From the NCBI GenBank assembly GCA_051880695.1, contig JBJEOK010000049.1:300-64299 (forward strand): a stretch of 64,000 nucleotides of DNA, written 5' to 3'. This document shows, piece after piece, positions 1 through 9,175 of this stretch (positions are counted from its first letter, which is position 1; every line of letters begins with the position of its first letter). The notes under the pieces are model-generated. The model saw only the letters and a program-made list of their open reading frames with translations. It made no database searches and was not told where the DNA came from. This stretch comes from Acutalibacteraceae bacterium (lineage in GTDB: Bacteria; Bacillota; Clostridia; Oscillospirales; Acutalibacteraceae). The translations under genes and the position numbers were made by a program.

Positions 1-10
1 ACCGACCGGC

Positions 11-1021
11 TTAGTTAATCTTTCCGTAAAGGGAAACCTTTTCTGCACCTGCATCGGTTCTGGGCGCTCTCTGGGGAACGTCTGACTTGGGAGCACTGCT
101 GTTACGTCCGCCGTTTCTGCCGCGATTGTAACCGCCTCTGCCGCCGCGGCCGCGATTGTTGTAGCCGCCTCTGCCGGGATGTGTGGGTTTTACACCCTCC
201 TCAAGAGTAATTACAACTCTTCTTGAAGAATCAAAGCCTACCGAATGTGAGGTTACACCCTCAATTTCCTGTACGGCTGTATGAATAATGCGTCTTTCAT
301 AAGGATTCATGGGCTCAAATGAAACGTTTCTGCCGTATTTGAGCACCTTTTCGGAATTCTTTTTTGCAAGCTCACGAAGTGTATTCTTTCTCTTTTCGCG
401 GTAATTGCCTACATTGATAGAAATTCTCGAATACTCGTTTTCTTTCTTAGTCTTGTTTACAACAAGTCTTGTAAGGTACTGAATAGCATCAAGAGTATCA
501 CCTCTCCTGCCGATTACAATACCGTAGTCCTCACCGCAGTCAAGGTCAAGGATAATTTCTTCGTCGCTGTTTTTGTAAGCTGAAATATTAACCTCGCTTA
601 CACCCATACCTTTAATGACCTTTGTAAGGTAATCAGCGGCACTTTTAACGCTTTCGCTTGAGTTTATGTCAAAAGCTTCACCCGTAACCTCATTGACTGT
701 TTCAATTTTATCAGCCTTGGGAGCTTCCTTTTTAGGCTGTTCCTTTTTTGCAGGCTTTTCTTTCTTAACAGGCTGTGCCTTAGGTGCAGCTTTTTCAGTA
801 ACTTTATTTTCTGCTTGCGCCTTTGGTGCGAGAGCATCGGGAGTTTCATAAAAAGCTCTTGCCTTTGCAGGTGAACCGCCGAAAAGACCTAACACCTTTT
901 TTGTAGGCATTGCTATAATTTCGGTGCGAACATCTGCTGAAGCGGGGGCATTCAATGCGTTACGCGCATTTTGAAGAGCCTCCTCAATTGTTGCACCGGT
1001 AGCTGTTGCTTCATGTATCAT
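11..1021 (-). CDS. jag: Jag/KhpB-family RNA-binding protein (Jag_N + KH + R3H) with K/A/P-rich linker and C-terminal RGG-rich tail
   Basis: ORF 11..1036. Contains 'EATATGATIEEAL' N-domain and KH/R3H core 'GRRGDTLDAIQYL ... NPYERRIIH'. Lies directly downstream of yidC as in the conserved cluster. Start moved to ATG at 1021 (GGTGGTG SD 9 nt upstream). Confidence 0.85.
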   Translation of the reverse strand: MIHEATATGATIEEALQNARNALNAPASADVRTEIIAMPTKKVLGLFGGSPAKARAFYETPDALAPKAQAENKVTEKAAPKAQPVKKEKPAKKEQPKKEAPKADKIETVNEVTGEAFDINSSESVKSAADYLTKVIKGMGVSEVNISAYKNSDEEIILDLDCGEDYGIVIGRRGDTLDAIQYLTRLVVNKTKKENEYSRISINVGNYREKRKNTLRELAKKNSEKVLKYGRNVSFEPMNPYERRIIHTAVQEIEGVTSHSVGFDSSRRVVITLEEGVKPTHPGRGGYNNRGRGGRGGYNRGRNGGRNSSAPKSDVPQRAPRTDAGAEKVSLYGKIN

Positions 1022-1060
1022 CTTAGTTATCACCACCGTTTTGTTAGTGTTATGTTTTAA

Positions 1061-2044
1061 TTATTCTGCATCATTTTTTTCGCCGCTGACAATTGCCTTT
1101 CTGTTATTTTCATAAGAGCGGCGATAAATAGTTTCCTCAACCATAAGCTTTGCAATAGTCTTTCTCGGAGCATAGATGTGACCGAGTATAAGAGTCTGTA
1201 CAAACGCAATGAGATTTGAGAGAATCCAGTACATACCCATACCTACAGGGAAGCTCCAGGTAAACCAAATTGACATAAGGGGCATTGAAAGCATCATACA
1301 GCCCATCATCTGCTGATTTTCCATATTGGGGTTAGCCTTCTTTTGACGAACCTGTGTAAGTATACTTGTCATAAGTGAAGTAAGACCTGAAAGCACGGGA
1401 ATTGCAAGAATTGCAATTGTAGCCATATTAAGACCGCTTTCAGAATATACTGTACCGGGAACAACACCTAAATCAATGCCGAAGATTTTGAAATTGAAGT
1501 TTTTGATGGTATCAATTTCTGCTGCATAGGTGCTCATAAGCTCGGGAGCTCCTGCGATAATTTCGTCAATTTTTGAAATAGCAATTGTTTCAGCATAGGC
1601 AACTGACTTTTCGGCAACAACACCTAAAGACTGTGCCGCCGCCTTAATAGCTTCAATTGCTTCTGACGAAAGATTGAGAACATAAGTCAAGGGTTGACGG
1701 ATAATACCGTAGAGACCCCAGAGAATGGGAAGCTGTAAAAGCAAGGGAACACAACCGGCCGTCATGGCAGAGTAGCCCTCACGCTGATAAAGCTCATTTG
1801 TCTCCTGCTGGATTTTCATATTTCTTTCCTGAGGAGTATAATCTTGATATTTTTCTCTTATTCTTCTGAGTTTAGGCTGCATACGTACTGTTTTAGCCGA
1901 AGACTTTTGCTGCTTAATTGAAGTGGGAAGAAGAATAACACGGAAAAATAATGTAAATATAACAAGTGCAATTCCGTAATTTCCTACAAAGTCAAAAAGG
2001 ATTCTGAAAAGGAAACCGAAAATGCTGTAAAGAAAGTTAAACAT
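1061..2044 (-). CDS. yidC: membrane protein insertase YidC/Oxa1 (SpoIIIJ-like)
   Basis: 327-aa polytopic protein with 'PLLLQLPILWGLY' and 'GMGMYWILSNLIAFVQ'. GAAAGG SD before the ATG. Synteny yidD-yidC-jag. Confidence 0.9.
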   Translation of the reverse strand: MFNFLYSIFGFLFRILFDFVGNYGIALVIFTLFFRVILLPTSIKQQKSSAKTVRMQPKLRRIREKYQDYTPQERNMKIQQETNELYQREGYSAMTAGCVPLLLQLPILWGLYGIIRQPLTYVLNLSSEAIEAIKAAAQSLGVVAEKSVAYAETIAISKIDEIIAGAPELMSTYAAEIDTIKNFNFKIFGIDLGVVPGTVYSESGLNMATIAILAIPVLSGLTSLMTSILTQVRQKKANPNMENQQMMGCMMLSMPLMSIWFTWSFPVGMGMYWILSNLIAFVQTLILGHIYAPRKTIAKLMVEETIYRRSYENNRKAIVSGEKNDAE

Positions 2045-2128
2045 TGTTTTACCTTTCCGACTACGGATAAATAATAAACGACTGTTTCTTCCCCGCAGTA
2101 GTCAAACGGGAACAGCAAAGCTTTTTCA

Positions 2129-2359
2129 TCACTTGTGTTTTTCCTTTTTCGGAGGAACAGGGTCATAACCGCCGGGAAAAAGAGGATTACACCTTAAAAT
2201 GCGCAATAAAGCCAAAATTCCGCCTTTAAAGGCACCGTAGGTCTCAATAGCTTCAATGGCATAACAGGAACAGGTCGGGTAGTACTTACACATCGGGGGC
2301 AGCTTGGGTGAAATATGCTTACGGTAAAACCTTATAACGCCAAGCATAAATTCTTTCAT
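2129..2359 (-). CDS. yidD: membrane protein insertion efficiency factor YidD
   Basis: '[32 protein letters not shown]' is the YidD signature. Overlaps the rnpA 3' end. The exact start is uncertain (2371, 2359 or 2347). Confidence 0.85.
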   Translation of the reverse strand: MKEFMLGVIRFYRKHISPKLPPMCKYYPTCSCYAIEAIETYGAFKGGILALLRILRCNPLFPGGYDPVPPKKEKHK

Positions 2360-2360
2360 T

Positions 2361-2708
2361 TCACACTGCACCGACCTCTCTTAAACATTCGGTCATACCA
2401 AGCATAACCTTTTTCATTTTAAGATACTTCGTTTTGTTCCTTGCCACCAATACGATGTCATAACTTCCCTTGAGTTCATTATCCTTTATGAATTCCCTGA
2501 AAGCTTCCCTCAAGACACGTCTTGAGCGATTTCTCTGTACGGCATTACCTATTTTTTTGCTTGTTGTAATTCCCACACGGCAAACGCCCACACGGTTTTT
2601 TAACACATAAACAACCAGTGCAGGACGGGCACAGGATTTTCCGCGATAATAAACACGCTGAAAATCCGAATTTTCAGTTAAGGAAACATACTTTTGCAAA
2701 AAAATCAT
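2361..2708 (-). CDS. rnpA: ribonuclease P protein component
   Basis: '[12 protein letters not shown] ... [26 protein letters not shown]'. Lies immediately downstream of rpmH. The ORF is open to 2756, but ATG 2708 gives the usual length. Confidence 0.85.
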   Translation of the reverse strand: MIFLQKYVSLTENSDFQRVYYRGKSCARPALVVYVLKNRVGVCRVGITTSKKIGNAVQRNRSRRVLREAFREFIKDNELKGSYDIVLVARNKTKYLKMKKVMLGMTECLREVGAV

Positions 2709-2773
2709 ATCCCAACACATTAAAAGTGAAAAAAGCTTTCGGCCTGTTTTAAACAAGTCCGAAATTAAAGCAA

Positions 2774-2908
2774 TTAGTATGTGAGCTGCTTTCTGCCCTT
2801 TGCACGGCGACGTGCGAGAACCTTACGGCCGTTCTTTGTTGCCATTCTTTTACGGAAACCGTGCTCCATCTTTCTGTGGCGTTTTTTGGGTTGATAAGTT
2901 CTTTTCAT
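2774..2908 (-). CDS. rpmH: 50S ribosomal protein L34
   Basis: Not in the ORF track (<60 aa). Manual translation gives [51 protein letters not shown] upstream. Confidence 0.95.
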   Translation of the reverse strand: MKRTYQPKKRHRKMEHGFRKRMATKNGRKVLARRRAKGRKQLTY

Positions 2909-3032
2909 TTGCGTTGACCTCCTTTTTCGTTAAAATTATTATAAAACGGGACAATTGCAAAGTCGTGAAAGTAGTAACGCAATTTGTGTCCGACGCTTTC
3001 AACAATAAGCGAGCCATAACTCGCGGAAAATA

Positions 3033-3061
3033 ATTATATAATAAAAAGCCTCTTTTGTCAA
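3033..3061 (-). promoter_or_regulatory. consensus sigma-A promoter for the rpmH operon (TTGACA-17-TATAAT)
   Basis: Minus strand reads ttgaca aaagaggctttttatta tataat. -35 at 3061-3056 and -10 at 3038-3033, about 118 nt upstream of the rpmH ATG. Confidence 0.7.
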
Positions 3062-3096
3062 GCGTTTTCACTGCAACAATTTTTACGCTCTGTTCA

Positions 3097-4371
3097 CTAA
3101 AACTTTACGTTAAATAAAAGCAGGTATTCTTCAAGGCAAAGACCTGTTTGCCGTATAAAGGTTGCGTGCTTCACTCCCACATAACGCCAATGCCAAGGCT
3201 CCGGAATTACACCGGTGATGTGCTGCTTTTCGGCGGTATAGCGTTCAATAAAGCCGTACTTATGGGCATTTTCTTTAAGCCACTTGTATTCGTAAGTATC
3301 AGAAAAACCGGATGATGTGCTCACAATATCCATAGCAAGACCTAAATTATGCTCACTGCAGCCGGCAGGCATAATTTCCGTTGCTGTAAGCCTATAGGCT
3401 TCAGTGTAGCTCATACCATAGTCAGACATATAGTAGCTGAGTTGACTTTCAAAGTTACTCTTTTGCCTTTCATAGCTTCTGTAACCGGAATATGCCGTAA
3501 GCACTGCACCGTCTTTGAGAGCGTCCTCATACATCTTATTATAATAAGGTGCAACTCTGTAATCCATTTGATGATAGGAGCCGGTAATATAAGCGAGCTT
3601 TGGCTCATATCCGTAAGGAATTTGCCTTGACGAGTCAACCACTTCAAGATTCCACGCACCTTTTTCAAGGTCAACGGTTGTCTTATCGCTTTGCGAGGCT
3701 TTCGTTTTGAAAACGTATTGATTATAAGCGCCGTAAACCACACCCGTATCGGTTATAATGTAGGGTCTTACGGCAAAAAGATAAGCTTTATTTTGAGGCA
3801 AATTCCTGAAAACAGCCGTTGTATTTTTTGTAGAGGACAAGGCAAGCTTCCAGCTTCCGTTAAGGGAAGTTTTATAATAAATGCGGTAACCCTGAGCTCC
3901 CACAGAGCCGCTCCAGAAAAGCGTTATCGCCGAGGCAGAGGTTGTCCCTGTAAGGCTCGTAGCCTCAGGCTTTGTTGCGGCTGTGAAAATTTTACTCTTA
4001 CCCAAAGTATATCCGCTCAAAGTATAAGCATAGGGTCTTACGGCAAACTTAACCTTAAGTCCCGAAGACAGGGAGGTGAAAGTGTGCTCGGTTCCCGTTA
4101 CATTTGCCGTCTTTTTCCACTTCCCGCCGCTGTAATGATATATAAGGTAGCCGTCGGCTCCCTTTACCTCAGTCCAAATTAGCTTTAAGGCGGTTTCGTT
4201 TTGTACAGCCGAAACCTTTAAAGGAGCATCAGGAAAATATACCGTTTCACTTGAAGCAAACGCATTAAAGCAAAGCGGTACTTCACTTTTAAAAATACCG
4301 CCTGTAAAAAATGTTAAAGTTAAGATAACTGTGGCAGTAAAGCTTACTGCTTTTTTCAGCACCTTTTTCAC
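3097..4371 (-). CDS. secreted D-alanyl-D-alanine carboxypeptidase (VanY/peptidase M15B) with N-terminal Fn3-like repeats
   Basis: Signal/anchor sequence. Two repeated 'GA.GY.IY ... FAVRPY' beta-domains. C-terminal 'SGYRSYERQ', 'CSEHNLGLAMDI' and 'EPWHWRYVG' metal-binding motifs. GTG start. Confidence 0.8.
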   Translation of the reverse strand: MKKVLKKAVSFTATVILTLTFFTGGIFKSEVPLCFNAFASSETVYFPDAPLKVSAVQNETALKLIWTEVKGADGYLIYHYSGGKWKKTANVTGTEHTFTSLSSGLKVKFAVRPYAYTLSGYTLGKSKIFTAATKPEATSLTGTTSASAITLFWSGSVGAQGYRIYYKTSLNGSWKLALSSTKNTTAVFRNLPQNKAYLFAVRPYIITDTGVVYGAYNQYVFKTKASQSDKTTVDLEKGAWNLEVVDSSRQIPYGYEPKLAYITGSYHQMDYRVAPYYNKMYEDALKDGAVLTAYSGYRSYERQKSNFESQLSYYMSDYGMSYTEAYRLTATEIMPAGCSEHNLGLAMDIVSTSSGFSDTYEYKWLKENAHKYGFIERYTAEKQHITGVIPEPWHWRYVGVKHATFIRQTGLCLEEYLLLFNVKF

Positions 4372-4435
4372 ATAGTCACCTCTTTCTTTTCCCTACCAAT
4401 ATTCTACCACAATTTTAACAAATGTAAATATCCTT

Positions 4436-4476
4436 ATAAAAAACAATGCTGTCAAAGCTTAAAGCCCGACAGCATT
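4436..4476 (-). terminator. intrinsic terminator of gap
   Basis: Stem aatgctgtc/gacagcatt (4445-4453 / 4468-4476), followed on the minus strand by gtttttt. Confidence 0.7.
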
Positions 4477-4494
4477 TGTTGTTATTATTTTAAC

Positions 4495-5532
4495 TTATGC
4501 AAGCTCTGCAAAGTACTTGATTGTACGAACCATCTGTGAAGTGTAGCTGTTTTCATTGTCATACCATGAAACAACCTGAACCTCATAAAGGCCGTCAGCA
4601 ATCTTAGCTACCATTGTTTGAGTTGCATCGAAGAGTGAGCCGTATTTCATACCGATAACGTCAGATGAAACGATTGGATCTTCGTTGTAACCGAAAGACT
4701 CTGAAGAAGCAGCCTTCATAGCAGCGTTTATGCCGTCAACTGTTACGTTGTCACCCTTAACAACAGCTGTAAGAATTGTTGTTGAACCGGTAGCAACGGG
4801 AACTCTCTGAGCAGCACCGATAAGCTTGCCGTTAAGCTCGGGAATAACAAGGCCGATAGCCTTAGCAGCACCTGTTGAGTTGGGAACGATGTTAGCAGCG
4901 CCTGCACGTGCTCTTCTCATATCGCCCTTTCTGTGAGGACCGTCAAGAATCATTTGGTCGCCTGTGTAAGCGTGGATTGTTGCCATAATACCGCTTTGGA
5001 TTTCTGCGTAATCGTTAAGAGCCTTAGCCATGGGAGCAAGGCAGTTTGTTGTGCATGATGCAGCAGAGATAATCTGGTCATCAGCTGTAAGAGTATCGTT
5101 ATTTACTGAGAAAACGATTGTTTTAAGGTCGTTGCCTGCGGGAGCAGAAATAACAACCTTCTTAGCACCTGCATTGATGTGAGCCATGCTCTTTTCCTTT
5201 GAGCAGTAGAAACCTGTACATTCGAGAACAACGTCAACACCGATTTCGCCCCAGGGAAGCTCAGCAGCGTTAGCCTTTGCATAAATTTTAAGAGTCTTGC
5301 CGTCTACTGTGATTGTACCTGCTTCGTCATCAGCCTCAACAGTGTGGAGACCTTCACCGATTCTTCCGCAGTAACCGCCTTGTGCGGTATCATACTTGAG
5401 AAGATTTGCAAGCATTGAGGGCTTTGTAAGGTCATTGATAGCTACTACTTCGTAACCCTCTGCGCCGAACATCTGACGGAATGCAAGACGGCCGATACGG
5501 CCGAAACCATTGATTGCAACTTTTACTGACAT
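4495..5532 (-). CDS. gap: type I glyceraldehyde-3-phosphate dehydrogenase
   Basis: '[13 protein letters not shown]' NAD-binding motif and '[10 protein letters not shown]' active site. 345 aa. Confidence 0.95.
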   Translation of the reverse strand: MSVKVAINGFGRIGRLAFRQMFGAEGYEVVAINDLTKPSMLANLLKYDTAQGGYCGRIGEGLHTVEADDEAGTITVDGKTLKIYAKANAAELPWGEIGVDVVLECTGFYCSKEKSMAHINAGAKKVVISAPAGNDLKTIVFSVNNDTLTADDQIISAASCTTNCLAPMAKALNDYAEIQSGIMATIHAYTGDQMILDGPHRKGDMRRARAGAANIVPNSTGAAKAIGLVIPELNGKLIGAAQRVPVATGSTTILTAVVKGDNVTVDGINAAMKAASSESFGYNEDPIVSSDVIGMKYGSLFDATQTMVAKIADGLYEVQVVSWYDNENSYTSQMVRTIKYFAELA

Positions 5533-5790
5533 GTTAATTTACCTCCAATATTATATTGAAAATTTTAATAATTGCCTTTAATATATTAACCGATTACGGC
5601 TTTTTTTTCAACCTTTTTTTCAAGTTTTTTTCACTCTTTTAAAATATTTGACATTCTAAACAAAAACTGTGCCCGTTAAACTTAAAAGGGTGTGATACTA
5701 AACAAAAAATATATGCCGATTTTTAATAGACAGCAAAGCTTTTTTGTGATAAAATTAAGCTGATGACATAAAATTCAATGAGGTGACTTT

Positions 5791-6288
5791 ATGAAAAAAA
5801 TAAATATCAGCGACTTTGACGGCAACGTATTTACCCTTTTAAAGGATAATTGGGCACTGCTTACGGCAGGAAATAAAGACAGCTTTAACACTATGACCGT
5901 ATCATGGGGCGCCATGGGTGAGCTGTGGAACAAGGATGTCTGCTTCTGCTTTGTAAGACCTCAGAGGTATACATACGAATTTACCGAAAGAGAAGAATAC
6001 TTCACTTTAAGCTTTTTCTCAAAAGAGTATAAAAAGGCCCTTTCCTTTTGCGGAAGCCACAGCGGCAGAGATGTTGACAAGGTAAAGCAAACGGGTCTTA
6101 CTCCCGTGTCTCTCGGTGAAAGTATTGCCTTTAGTGAAGCAGAATATGTTTTTCTTTGCAAAAAAATTGCATTTCAGGATATGAAACCCGACGGCATTCT
6201 TGAAAAAGAAATTGACGGTAAGTGCTACCCCGAAAAAGACTATCACCGCACCTATGTAGGCGAAATAATCGGCTGTTATAAAAAATAA
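5791..6288 (+). CDS. flavin reductase-like (FMN-binding split-barrel) family protein
   Basis: 165 aa with 'TMTVSWGAMGELW' typical of the flavin reductase-like domain. GAGGTG SD. Confidence 0.65.
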   Translation: MKKINISDFDGNVFTLLKDNWALLTAGNKDSFNTMTVSWGAMGELWNKDVCFCFVRPQRYTYEFTEREEYFTLSFFSKEYKKALSFCGSHSGRDVDKVKQTGLTPVSLGESIAFSEAEYVFLCKKIAFQDMKPDGILEKEIDGKCYPEKDYHRTYVGEIIGCYKK

Positions 6289-6338
6289 GCTTAATGTGCT
6301 TTAAAAGCCTTACAAAGCCTATAAAAAATAAATTTTTA

Positions 6339-6367
6339 TTGACAACTAAAATCTGTCATTATATAAT
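6339..6367 (+). promoter_or_regulatory. consensus sigma-A promoter (TTGACA-17-TATAAT) for the TM2-domain gene
   Basis: ttgaca 6339-6344, 17-nt spacer, tataat 6362-6367. ATG at 6397. Confidence 0.65.
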
Positions 6368-6396
6368 TAAATTATCAAACAAAGGAGATTATTATT

Positions 6397-6771
6397 ATGG
6401 ATATTCAAAAAGTCGAAGCTTACCTTATCGAAAACCGCAAATACTTCCCCGAAGATAAAATTTTTCAGTTGAGGGATATGCTCATTCGTCTGCCCGACGA
6501 TAAATTCTTCCCTATTGCTACTATTGACTTTAAAGACCCCGACACACTTGTTTTTATTTCATTTTTAGGCGGCATTTTCGGTTTTGACCGTTTCTTTATA
6601 GGTGATATCGGTATGGGTGTACTGAAGCTTCTCACCGGCGGTTGCTGCGGAATACTTGCAATTATTGACTTGTTTAACATTCAAAAGCTTACAAAGGAAC
6701 ATAATTTTAACAAGTTAATGACTGTACTTTCATCAGCATATTCTTATCAAAACACAAACAACACATTCTAA
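6397..6771 (+). CDS. TM2 domain-containing membrane protein
   Basis: 'FLGGIFGFDRFFIGDIGMGVLKLLTGG' TM2 signature. AAGGAG SD. Confidence 0.75.
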   Translation: MDIQKVEAYLIENRKYFPEDKIFQLRDMLIRLPDDKFFPIATIDFKDPDTLVFISFLGGIFGFDRFFIGDIGMGVLKLLTGGCCGILAIIDLFNIQKLTKEHNFNKLMTVLSSAYSYQNTNNTF

Positions 6772-6794
6772 AACAAACAGCAGCTAAAAATTAC

Positions 6795-6834
6795 AGGTCA
6801 GCTCCGCTTACTTAAGCGGCGGCTGACCTTTTTT
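6795..6834. terminator. bidirectional intrinsic terminator (aggtcagc ... gctgacct stem)
   Basis: Outer stem aggtcagc 6795-6802 / gctgacct 6822-6829. Inner stem ccgctta/taagcgg. T-run 6830-6834. Lies between convergent genes. Confidence 0.75.
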
Positions 6835-6857
6835 CTGTGATATATTTTATTTTTGCA

Positions 6858-9107
6858 CTACAAATCCTTATTGGCTGTAAAATTCAGCCTCAGAGCATTC
6901 ATTACCACACAAAATGAGGATAAGCTCATCGCCGCCGCACCGAACATGGGACTTAGCTCCCAGCCGAAAAACGGAATAAACACGCCGGCGGCAAGGGGTA
7001 TGCCGATAATATTGTAGATAAACGCCCAGAAAAGGTTTTCTTTAATATTTATTAAGGTCTTTTTTCCGATATAAAGCATTTTAACAAGGGACATAAGACT
7101 GCTTTTTACAAGTACAACCTCTGCGGCCTGCACTGCAATATCGGTGCCGGTGCCGATAGCCACACCTACATCGGCGGCAGTAAGTGCAGGGGCATCATTT
7201 ATTCCGTCACCGACCATAGCAACTCTGCCTTTCTTTTTAAGAGAGGCAACAACCTTTTCTTTTTCATCGGGAAGCACTCCGGCAACAACCTCGTCAACAC
7301 CCACCTGACGTGCAATTTCTTTTGCCGTAAGCTCGTTATCCCCTGTGAGCATAACTGTGTGTATACCCATTTTTTTAAGCTTCTTTATGGCTTCAACACT
7401 GTCCTGTTTTATTACATCGGCAACGGCAATAAAGCCGAGGTAAGCTCCGTCTAAAGAGAAAAACAGAGGTGTTTTGCCCTGCTTTGATTTTTCCTTTGCA
7501 AGGCTTTTTGCTTTACTGTCAAGGGTGCATTTTTCACTTATAAAGTCCACGTTTCCCCCACAGAGGATTTTACCGTCGACCTCACATTCGAGACCTCTGC
7601 CCGAGACAGCCTTAAAGGCAGTGACAGCCTGTGCCGAAAGCTTTTCACTTTCACCCTTTTTTACAATCGCCTTTGCAAGGGGGTGCTCGCTGTTTTTTTC
7701 AAGAGTGTAGGCAAAGCTCAAAAGCTCCTTTTCGCTGACGCTTTCATAAGGCGCTATATCCGTGACCTCCGGCTCACCCTTTGTTATTGTGCCTGTTTTG
7801 TCAAGGGCAACTGTTTTTACGGAGGCGGACTTTTCAATAGCTTCAGCCGTTTTAAAAAGTATTCCCTTTTTAGCACCCACTCCGTTGCCGACCATTATGG
7901 CAACAGGCGTTGCAAGACCCAGGGCACAAGGACAGCTTATAACAAGGACGGATATTCCCCTTGCAAGAGAGAAGCCTAAATCTTTACCTAAAAGCAGCCA
8001 CACAATACCTGTTACGGCGGCAATTATCATAACCGTCGGCACAAACACACCTGCCACCTTGTCAGCCACCTTAGCAATAGGCGCCTTTGAAGCGGCGGCA
8101 TCACTTACTGTTTTGATGATTTGCGAAATTACGGTGTCCTCACCTACGGCTGTTGCCTCACACTTTAAAATGCCATGCATATTCACTGTTGCGGCAGAGA
8201 CCTTGTCACCGCAAAGCTTATCGGCAGGAATGCTTTCACCTGTCAGACTGCTTTCGTCAACAGAGCTTTCACCCTCAATTACAATGCCATCAACGGGCAC
8301 TTTTTCACCGGGCTTTAAAAGGAATACGTCGCCTTTTTTCACTTGACTTATATCAACGGTTTTTTCCTCACCGTCAATTATAACCGTTGCGGTTTTAGCC
8401 TTTAAATCCATAAGCGCTCTCAGGGCGCTTGTTGTTTTGCCCTTACTTTTACTTTCAAGCATTTTACCTAAGGTTATAAGGGCAAGTATCATTGCGGCTG
8501 ACTCAAAATAAAGTCCGTGACGGTAGGTCATCACCGCTTGAGCGTCACCTAAGCGCTGAGCCTCAGTCATCATATAAAGCACAATTGTGCTCCACACAAA
8601 AGATGCACCCGAACCTAAAGCCACAAGTGTATCCATATTGGGGGCCTTGTGTATAAGTCCCTTAAAGCCGTTTGTAAAAAACTTCCTGTCAATTACAATA
8701 ACAACTAAGGAAAGTAACATCTGAGTAATTGCATTTGCAACACTGTTTACCTCAAAAAATTCAATCTGAGGCAAGGATACCATGTGACCCATAGAGATAT
8801 ACATAAGCACCGCCACAATCACAAGTGACAGTATAAGCCGTCTTATCATTTCAGGTGTTTCTTTGTCTTCAAGGGCGCTTTCGTCAGCCTTGGCGGAAGC
8901 TTTTTCACCCTTTGGCATTTTTATGCCGTAGCCTGCCTTTTTAACGGCGGATATAATATCCTTACTGTCGGCAGTGCCCTCAACAGTGAGAGAATTCGTC
9001 AAAAGGTTGACACTGCATTTTTCAACACCGCTTACGGCACTTACAGCCTTTTCAACCCTGGCAGAGCAAGCGGCACAAGACATTCCTGTTACATTATACT
9101 GTTGCAT
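6858..9107 (-). CDS. copA: copper-translocating P1B-type ATPase
   Basis: N-terminal HMA '[15 protein letters not shown]', '[10 protein letters not shown]', 'DKTGTITKG' and '[10 protein letters not shown]'. 749 aa. Confidence 0.92.
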   Translation of the reverse strand: MQQYNVTGMSCAACSARVEKAVSAVSGVEKCSVNLLTNSLTVEGTADSKDIISAVKKAGYGIKMPKGEKASAKADESALEDKETPEMIRRLILSLVIVAVLMYISMGHMVSLPQIEFFEVNSVANAITQMLLSLVVIVIDRKFFTNGFKGLIHKAPNMDTLVALGSGASFVWSTIVLYMMTEAQRLGDAQAVMTYRHGLYFESAAMILALITLGKMLESKSKGKTTSALRALMDLKAKTATVIIDGEEKTVDISQVKKGDVFLLKPGEKVPVDGIVIEGESSVDESSLTGESIPADKLCGDKVSAATVNMHGILKCEATAVGEDTVISQIIKTVSDAAASKAPIAKVADKVAGVFVPTVMIIAAVTGIVWLLLGKDLGFSLARGISVLVISCPCALGLATPVAIMVGNGVGAKKGILFKTAEAIEKSASVKTVALDKTGTITKGEPEVTDIAPYESVSEKELLSFAYTLEKNSEHPLAKAIVKKGESEKLSAQAVTAFKAVSGRGLECEVDGKILCGGNVDFISEKCTLDSKAKSLAKEKSKQGKTPLFFSLDGAYLGFIAVADVIKQDSVEAIKKLKKMGIHTVMLTGDNELTAKEIARQVGVDEVVAGVLPDEKEKVVASLKKKGRVAMVGDGINDAPALTAADVGVAIGTGTDIAVQAAEVVLVKSSLMSLVKMLYIGKKTLINIKENLFWAFIYNIIGIPLAAGVFIPFFGWELSPMFGAAAMSLSSFCVVMNALRLNFTANKDL

Positions 9108-9175
9108 TTTATCACCTACCGCAAAAAAAGGAACCTCAAAAGCTTTCGTTTTTAAGGTCCCTTATATTAGTTTAA

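Noticed and set aside
2909-3096. oriC upstream of rpmH
   Set aside because: The spacer is only 188 bp with no DnaA-box-like 9-mers that I could find. There is no dnaA, and the flanking genes are co-directional on both sides.
7762-8346. Long antisense ORFs inside large genes (e.g. 7762-8346 in copA, 41333-41956 in nifJ, 32429-32887 opposite the Big_2 gene, 20092-20623 in infB)
   Set aside because: These are shadow frames opposite strongly supported CDSs. They have low-complexity or skewed composition and no RBS. This is typical of codon-biased genes.
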